From positions 1 through 29,373 of the forward strand of contig NW_021832948.1 in assembly GCF_006345805.1 (NCBI RefSeq): a DNA stretch of 29,373 nt, written 5' to 3'. Within the stretch, counting starts at the first letter, position 1. Every line of letters begins with the position of its first letter. The notes under the pieces are model-generated. The model had not been told where the DNA came from, made no database searches, and saw only the letters and a list, made by a program, of their open reading frames with translations. Below, piece by piece: positions 21,601-29,373 of this stretch. Made by a program: the position numbers and the translations under genes. Source of the DNA: Octopus sinensis (taxonomy: Eukaryota).

Positions 21601-21989
21601 AAGATATCTAACTATAATATCCACGATGTAATTCTATTTCTTTCTATATGTAAAAGTATGAATGTCGTTAAAAAATAAAGATGGCACGATAATTTTATTT
21701 AAATGTGTGTAAAGTGATAATTACCTTAGCGTTTAGAATATGAGATAATATTAATTTATTTCATTCGAAAATGATAATTTTTGTCATTTTATATTTGTAG
21801 AACATAACATGGAAGTTTTTTTTTTACTTTTTTTCCGGTTTTGAGAAAATTAAATTGGGAAAATGAAATGCTTTTTTTCCCCCCTCCGATTTCAAACCTG
21901 CAAGTGATAATTTAGTTATTTCCACCTTAAATTATATAAAAAGGATAATTTAGTTTTCATTTAAAAAATTTTAATGACTTGCTAGTAGT

Positions 21990-22525
21990 AGTTGTGGTGG
22001 TGGTGGTGGTGGTGGTTTTTGAAGTTAGTAATGATCGTGGTAGTGGCGACAGGTTTTAATGATGGCGGCGGCTGCATAGGCGGTGGTGGTGGTGGTGGTG
22101 GTGGTGGTTGGTGTTGGTGGTGTTGGTGGTGGTAGTGGTGGTGGTGGTGGTGGTGGTGGTGGTGGTGTTGGTGGTGGTGGTGGTGGTGGTGTTGGTGGTG
22201 GTGGTGGTGGTAGTGGTGGTGGTGTTGGTGGTGGTAGTGGTGGTGGTGGTGGTGGTGGTGGTGGTGGTGGTGTTGGTGGTGGTGTGGTGGTGGTGGTGGT
22301 GGTGGTGGTGGTTGGTGTTGGTGGTGTTGGTGGTGGTAGTGGTGACAGTGGTGGTGGTAGAGGTGGTGGTGGTGGTGGTGGTTGTGGTGGTGGTGGTGGT
22401 TGTGGTGGTGGTGGTGGTGGCGGCGGCGGTGATGGTGGTGATGGTGGCGGTAGTGGTGATAGTGGTGTGGTGGTGGTGGTGGTGGTGGTGGTGGTGGTGG
22501 TAGTGGTGGTGGTGGCGGTGGTGTT
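21990..22525. repeat. Long (GGT)n-rich tract with internal duplication
   Basis: Direct reading; ggttggtgttggtggtgttggtggtggtagtggtg occurs near 22106 and again near 22309. Confidence 0.9.
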
Positions 22526-22849
22526 ATTAGTAGCAATCGGTTTAGAGACAGAAATAGTTGCGTTATTGCCAAGGTAGTTATGTGATTATGAGGTTGTAAT
22601 TTTTGCTGTTGTTTAGCCCCAGGTCAGCCTCCATTGCGAAGGTGTATACTCAGAGTCATTCCAGCGGCAACCAATCATATTTGTTGGGTTTTTTTTGTTT
22701 CTTTTTTTTTGGGGGGGGGGTCTATGAAATGGGAACCCAAGACGTTATTTTAGCTACTATTTCTAGGATGTGGAAGGACTACACAGGAGAACTTTGCCGT
22801 TGGCTGGTGGGTATTGTCCGTCGGGTTAGGAACAGGGAAGAAGGAGGTG

Positions 22850-23200
22850 GCGCTGGTGGTGCGGGTGATGGCGATCGTGGTGGTGGTGGTGGTGGTGGTG
22901 GTGGTACTGATGATGGCGATGGTGATCGTGTTAGTGGTGGCGGTGGAAGTGGTGTGGCAGTCGCGGCGGCAGAGGTGGTAGTGGTGGTGGTGGTACTGCT
23001 GTAGGTGGTGGTGCTGGTGACGTTGGTACTGATGATCACGATGGCGATGGTGGGGGTGGTGGGGGATTGCGGTCACAGCAACAGTAATGATGAAGGTGAT
23101 GATGATGATGGTGGTGATGGTGGTGGTGGTGGTGGTGGTGGTGGTGGTGGTGGTGGTGGTGGTAGTGGTGGTGGTGTTGGTGGTGGTGGTGGTGGCGGCG
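22850..23200. repeat. Degenerate (GGT/GAT)n tract
   Basis: Direct reading. Confidence 0.85.
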
Positions 23201-23319
23201 TTATTTGGAGGGGGGGATAGTATTCATCAATGTCTAATATAACATTTTAATTAAAATTGAGGAAAGGTTATCGGACTAGCAAGGTTAATGAAACCGACAG
23301 CAATTGCAGAGAAAGCAAC

Positions 23320-23985
23320 TGCACACACACGCATACACACACAAACATACACACACACACACACACGCACACTGCACACTGTACACCACCACTGCATACT
23401 ACCCCCTACACATCTGGGTAGCATTCACCCTTATCATGTTAAGTAATATCACCAATGAAGCACATGCTTCCCGATTGCTATCAACGGCGAACAAATATTT
23501 ACGTATGCATACACATTGACACATTCATAAGCGCACACATACACACACACACATACACACACCACACACATACACACACATACGCGCACACACATACACA
23601 CACACATACACACACATACGCACACACACATACACACACATACGCACACACACATACACACACATACGCACACACACATACACACACATACGCACACACA
23701 CATACACACACACACATACACACACACACATACACACACACACATACACACACACACATCGCACACACACATACACACACACTTGTATTCATACACATGC
23801 AAACAGATCCGCATATTCAGTCCCGCTAATGCGCACGCATTCGTACAGTCACGTGTGCAGATGCAGACGCATGCTCAAAAACAACCTCAAGCACACACAC
23901 ACACATACACACGCACGCACACACAGTCTCTCTCACACACACACACACACATGTATACGCATATTCGAACAGAGAAACATATAAA

Positions 23986-24016
<31 letters not shown>

Positions 24017-24036
24017 CTATATATTTATATTTTATA

Positions 24037-24083
<47 letters not shown>

Positions 24084-24090
24084 ACACACA
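23320..24090. repeat. (CA)n/(CACACACATA)n and (TA)n simple repeats
   Basis: Direct reading. Confidence 0.85.
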
Positions 24091-24275
24091 GGAGGGGAGA
24101 ATCCACAAGAAAACAAAAGATGAAGACAGGTGTGTGTAGAAAACAAACAGATGCATTAGTATAACGCTCGGGAAACGAAAAAGTCTTTAACGTTTCGAGC
24201 TTACGCTCTTCCACCAGAAGGAAACAAGGAGAGAAAATAAAGAATGTGTAGTGGCTAGCGATCTATCATGGCGAA
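24091..24275 (-). mobile_element. Repeat family P2 with degenerate hammerhead-like motif
   Basis: Minus 24222-24185 reads ccttCTGGTGGAA-GAGC(GTAA)GCTC-GAAAC-GTT-aaaga; homologous to 12943-13175. Confidence 0.6.
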
Positions 24276-24283
24276 TATATCAT

Positions 24284-24322
<39 letters not shown>

Positions 24323-24750
24323 TCACAAACACGGAGAGACGTAAACACATACACATAAATATCTATATAGACACATACATTCATACATATATACATACAT
24401 ACATACACACACACATATACTCTGAAAAATGCACAATTTTATTTGAACACTCTGTACTCACACTGCACAGGTTGCAACATCTTCATACATACATACATGC
24501 ATACATACATACATACACACATCTATGCAGCTATTCACGCCCACACAGTCAGATATACGTATGTAAAATATGCAAACACATAGATGCTTCCATGCGTACG
24601 AGCACACATACTTACATGCATACATTGCAAATACATGCGCGCGCGCGTATACATATGCAAACATACATAGATACAAACAATTATTGTAGAGTTCATGACA
24701 GCACCCCGTTTCGTTTATAAACTTGACTATATCTATCTATTAGATATCTA

Positions 24751-24793
<43 letters not shown>

Positions 24794-24794
24794 T

Positions 24795-25080
24795 GTAGGT
24801 CCCGGATTGATTCGGGGTTAACCACAGTAAATAAGGTACTCAATACATAGTAGAGTAAAATTAATTTATTATATAGAAGGAGCTTCTACAGGACTAGAAC
24901 GTTTCATTCAAGAGAAATCTTCAGGAAGCTAGTTAACAAGAATTGTATTGGCATTTATACATTTAGGCAGGTTTAAGGGGTGTTGGTGGGGGACTTTTGG
25001 GGGTAGGCATAGCGCAAATATCATACTTGGGGGAGTGGTCAAGGAGTCAGTGTTAAATAGATAGAAGAATAAATTAAAAG
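24795..25080 (-). mobile_element. Penelope-type pseudo-LTR-like segment
   Basis: Minus-strand order GTATAAAT (24953-24960), hammerhead (24881-24930), AATAAA (24865-24870). Boundaries approximate. Confidence 0.5.
24881..24930 (-). ncRNA. Type I hammerhead ribozyme candidate
   Basis: AGCUUC-CUGAAGA-UUUC(UCUU)GAAU-GAAA-CG(UUCUAGUCC)U-GUA-GAAGCU: perfect 6-bp stem I, intact core, GUA triplet; U.U at 10.1/11.1. Confidence 0.65.
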
Positions 25081-25149
25081 AATAAAAAATATATAAAATA
25101 TATATAAAAAAAGGGAATAGAGTTTTAGGTAAATAAGGAGATTCTCACT

Positions 25150-25522
25150 TATACCTATGCACATATGTATACATATATACAACAACATACAAACATATAT
25201 ACATATACATACACACATACGTACACACACACATATATCAGATTAGATACACTTACACATACATATACATATCTACACATACACATATATGTATACATAC
25301 ACACACTCACATGCATACACGTATACACACATGTATATATACACACACGACCCACCACATACATATACACACAGAAAAATAATATACACATACACACACA
25401 TACTCACATACACGCATACACCCACATATCCAACCACACATATGCACACCACAGCACACTAGTCCCTATATACACATATATACACATACACACACATATA
25501 CACACACAAAACATATACATAC

Positions 25523-25553
<31 letters not shown>

Positions 25554-26132
25554 ACATATGTGTACCTATGCATACCTACACATCACCATATATATACACA
25601 TAAAATACAGGACCCATTCCCTAATTTTAATTTTATTATCTTCATTTATTACTTTTGTTATCTTTGATCGCTGGTCACAAACATCTTGGCTATGACAGCC
25701 CAGTCCATGTATCTGTCTACTGGAAAACAAGCACTCATTACTCACGCACACTCTTTAGCACGTACACTCACTCATTCGCACACTCATACACATACACGCA
25801 CGCGTTATATTCATACATACATACATCTACATACATTCACGTATATACACATACGTACGCGTACCTACAGATTCATGTCTACACTCTAGAAGGCTAGTCA
25901 TAACATATACACCAATAAATTAAATACACACACCATACATATACACCTACATAAATACATACATGTAAATATATATATATACATATACATAACCTATTCA
26001 CATATATATACATACAATATATATACATAGATATATATCTACATATACAATACATATACACATATACATATATATATATACATATACACACACATACACT
26101 ACATACATATACACACATACACATACATACGT

Positions 26133-26179
<47 letters not shown>

Positions 26180-26206
26180 ATATATATAATATATATATAT
26201 ATATAC

Positions 26207-26253
<47 letters not shown>

Positions 26254-26255
26254 GT
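25150..26255. repeat. Degenerate CA/TA/CATA low-complexity block
   Basis: Direct reading. Confidence 0.85.
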
Positions 26256-26799
26256 TATTATGTGCTCACGTTTTATATTCAGTTATATTCGTTTATGTTT
26301 GTATGCATATGTGTGAGCGTGTGTGTGTGTGCGTGTGTGTACATGTTTTATAAGCATTTCTCTATGCGTTTATATATATATATATGCGAGTGTATGTATT
26401 TACGTCGGTGTGTATATGTTCTCCGCTATGCGTGTGTATATATATATATATATATATATATTTACGCGTATTTGTGTGTTTATACAAGTTAACATATAAG
26501 CTTTACCATAATATAAACACAACAAATTTCAACATACATGCATGTATATAAGATGACGCCTTTGTATACACATAGAGTTACTCAAATATCAACGCACATG
26601 CGCACACTGTGATGCAGGTGCATATGTACTAAGATCGATTGTTAACAACTTACGGTCATAAGCTGCTGTAGAAAATTATATACACACAGACACACACACA
26701 CACACACATGTATACACACACACACTTGCACGTACACATATGAACACATCTATATACGGGTACTATTACTACTATACTATTTTTTTAATCTTTTTTTTT

Positions 26800-26997
26800 C
26801 TTGTTTCAGTCATTTGACTGTGGCCATGCTGGAGCACAGCCTTTAGTCGAGCAAATCGACCCCAGGACTTATTCTTTGTAAGCCTAGTTACTTATTCTAT
26901 CGGTCGCTAAGTTACGGTGACGTAAACACACCAGCATCGGTTGTCAAGCAATGCTAGAGGGACACACAGACACACAAACACACACACACACACACAT

Positions 26998-27028
<31 letters not shown>

Positions 27029-27224
27029 ATATATATTATATATATATATATATATATAATACATATATACGATGGGCTTTCTTTCAGTTTCCGGTCTACT
27101 AAATCCACTCACAAGGCTTTGGTCGACCCGAGGCTATAGTAGAAGATACATGCCCAAGGTGCCACGCAGTGGGACCGAACCCGGAAAGATGTGGGTAGTA
27201 AACAAGCTACTTACCACACAGCCA
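26800..27224 (-). mobile_element. SINE family A, near full length
   Basis: Colinear with the other family A copies, with an internal CA/TA tract. Confidence 0.9.
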
Positions 27225-27810
27225 CACACACACATATATATACACACTCACAAACATGCCCACGCATACATACACGCACACACACACACATATACATATA
27301 CGAATATATACACTCACACGCACTTACGTACATACACACACATGTATATATACTCACACACACGACCACATATACACACGTGCACACACAGTCACACAAA
27401 CATATATATATATATACTCACACACACCCCCACACATACACCCATATGCACACACACCCACACATACAAACACATGCAGACACACACACATGCACACACG
27501 CAAACACGTGCACACACACAAACACAAAAATAATATACATGTGTGCATGAGTGGGCGTGTGTATGAGTGTATATATATACATATATACACTCTCACACAC
27601 GCCCACTCATGCACACAAGCACATACATACACACACGCCCACACATACACACACACGCACACACTGGCACACACGCACGCACTCATACACATATATGCGC
27701 TAGCACACACGCGCCAACACATACACACGTACACACACACATATGCACACACGGATACACACACGCGCACACAAGTGAAACACACACTTATACACTAACA
27801 CACATACGCC
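27225..27810. repeat. Degenerate (CA)n low-complexity block
   Basis: Direct reading. Confidence 0.85.
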
Positions 27811-28263
27811 TACACATCGCAGTGTGTAAAGGCAATGGCCGGAAAATACCATACAGATCAGAAATTCGAATCAGGATTAAAGTGAATAGACCTACACTAA
27901 GCGAGCCCCTTAGAACAAGGGTTGGGTGCAAGGTCGTCCTTTCGTGGCCGGGGTAATCCTGGACTCGTGGGGGTTCCTTGCTTGGCCTTAGTTGGAGGTT
28001 CTCCAGTACCGGGAGGACTGCATCGTAGATACCTTAACATACGAGGTGGTTCCAGGATTAGCTCTGTAGCGCGCCAACTGATGGCAGCATCAAGGTTGCA
28101 TGCGCAGTGAGAGCTAGCAGAGACGTTCATATAGAAGTGTGCAAGTTGTGAAATTTGTATTTTTGTGATCACATGTATGCTGTAGTCTGCGATTTTGTTG
28201 TGGACAGGAACAAAGAGCCAACGTCAAATTCAATGTTAAACTGAGAAGTCTGTCACAGAGACA

Positions 28264-28860
28264 TTCTTTTCTACTCTAGGCAGAAGGCCCCAAATTTTGG
28301 GGAGAGAGCCAGTCGATTAGATCGACCCCAGTATGCAACTGGTACTTAATTTATCGACTTCGAAAGGATGAAAGGCGAAGTCGACCTCGCCGGAATTTGA
28401 ACTCAAAACGCAAAGACGGATGAAATGCTGCTAAGCATTTCGTCCGGCGTGCTAAATTAAATGCTAAATATTCTTTTCTAGTCTAAGCACAAGGTCATAA
28501 AATTTTGGGAGAGGGTGCCAGTCGAGTAGATCGACCCCAGTACAAAACTGGTACTTAATTTATCGACCTCGAAAGGATGAAAGGCGAAGTCGACCTCGGC
28601 GGAATTTGAACTCAAAACGCAAAGACGGATGAAATACTGCTAAGCATTTCGTCCGGTGTGCTAAATTAAATGCTAAATATTCTTTTCTAGTCTTAGCACA
28701 AGGTCATAAAATTTTGGGAGAGGGTGCCAGTCAATTAGATCGACCCTAGTACGCAACTGGTACTTAATTTATCGACTTCGAAAGGATGAAATGCGAAGTC
28801 GACCTCGGCGGAATTTGAACTCAAAATGTAAAGACAGACGAAATACGGCTAAGCATTTCG
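28264..28860 (-). mobile_element. Tandem trimer of head-clipped SINE family B
   Basis: Units start ttcttttcta at 28264, 28471 and 28680; the same aaattaaatgctaaata linker joins them. Confidence 0.9.
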
Positions 28861-28867
28861 TGATAAG

Positions 28868-28958
28868 ATTTCTTATTTCTTTACTGCCCACAAGGAGCTA
28901 CACACAGAGGGGACAAACAAGAACAGACAAACGGATTAAGTCGATTATATCGACCCCA
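28868..28958 (-). mobile_element. 3' part of a SINE B-related variant
   Basis: cccacaaggagctacacacagaggggacaaac tail joined to gtcgattatatcgaccccag, shared with family B. A shorter similar piece lies near 17950-17990. Confidence 0.55.
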
Positions 28959-28959
28959 G

Positions 28960-29373
28960 CTAACGCTGGAGATGTACTACGGTGTCAGCTGTTTACTAAC
29001 AGTGAACTAAGGTAACACCTCTTATTTTTCGAGCACCTTCCGGAGTATTCGAGCGGTTCCAAGTAGTGATGTTTAATGCAAGTGCTCCACCTTTATTGCA
29101 CCCCTATTTGTTCCATGTACTTCAAGATTTTTAGTCAATGTTCCCAGGACTATGACAATTATTTGTACTACTACCACCTTTTTTGTTGACCACAACTGCT
29201 TAACCTCCTAAGCTAACCTGTCATATCTATCAACTTTTCTTTCTTCCTTATCGCATACCTTGTTGTCAGCTGGGCATGCTATATCTATGATTCAGCATAG
29301 TTTACTTTCTTTCTCAACTAAGACTATGTCTGTCTTCATTTTCTCTATCTCATGGTCGCACTGAATCATAAAA
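28960..29373 (-). mobile_element. Third R4/Dong-like element, decayed RLE plus 3' UTR (runs off window)
   Basis: Minus frame FMIQCDHEIEKMKTDIVLVEKESKLC*IIDIACPADNKVCDKEERKVDRYDRLA*EVKQLW...SLLGTARILRKVLEK* (stop 29022-29024), with in-frame stops. Confidence 0.85.

Noticed and set aside
21982-23220. Gly-, His- or Pro-rich structural protein
   Set aside because: (GGT)n is open in several frames on both strands, with frame-breaking indels and no signal peptide or non-repetitive coding context.
27905-27975. HDV-like ribozyme
   Set aside because: P3 can be drawn, but P1 is only 5 bp and the P1.1 GG/CC pairing and J4/2 are missing.

Overview
AT-rich eukaryotic non-genic DNA dominated by repeats. 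The SINE families and microsatellite load look like an octopod cephalopod genome (inference from recalled repeat sequences, not verified). I cannot support any intact host gene; nearly all ORFs in the track are microsatellite translations. The window holds: three tRNA-headed SINE families (called A, B and C here); decayed non-LTR retrotransposon pieces (three R4/Dong-like RLE 3' ends, one HERO/NeSL-like RLE, one RTE, one L1/Tx1 ORF1-ORF2 junction); an internally deleted mariner; a 426-bp MITE with internal TTAGGG; a ~34-bp minisatellite; long fold-back inverted repeats; and many simple repeats. The strongest signal is non-coding: at least five type I hammerhead-ribozyme (HHR) folds from four short repeat families. 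One of them sits in a 354-bp unit with a terminal direct repeat, the architecture expected of a Penelope-dependent retrozyme copied from a circular or multimeric RNA. Activity and novelty are untested.
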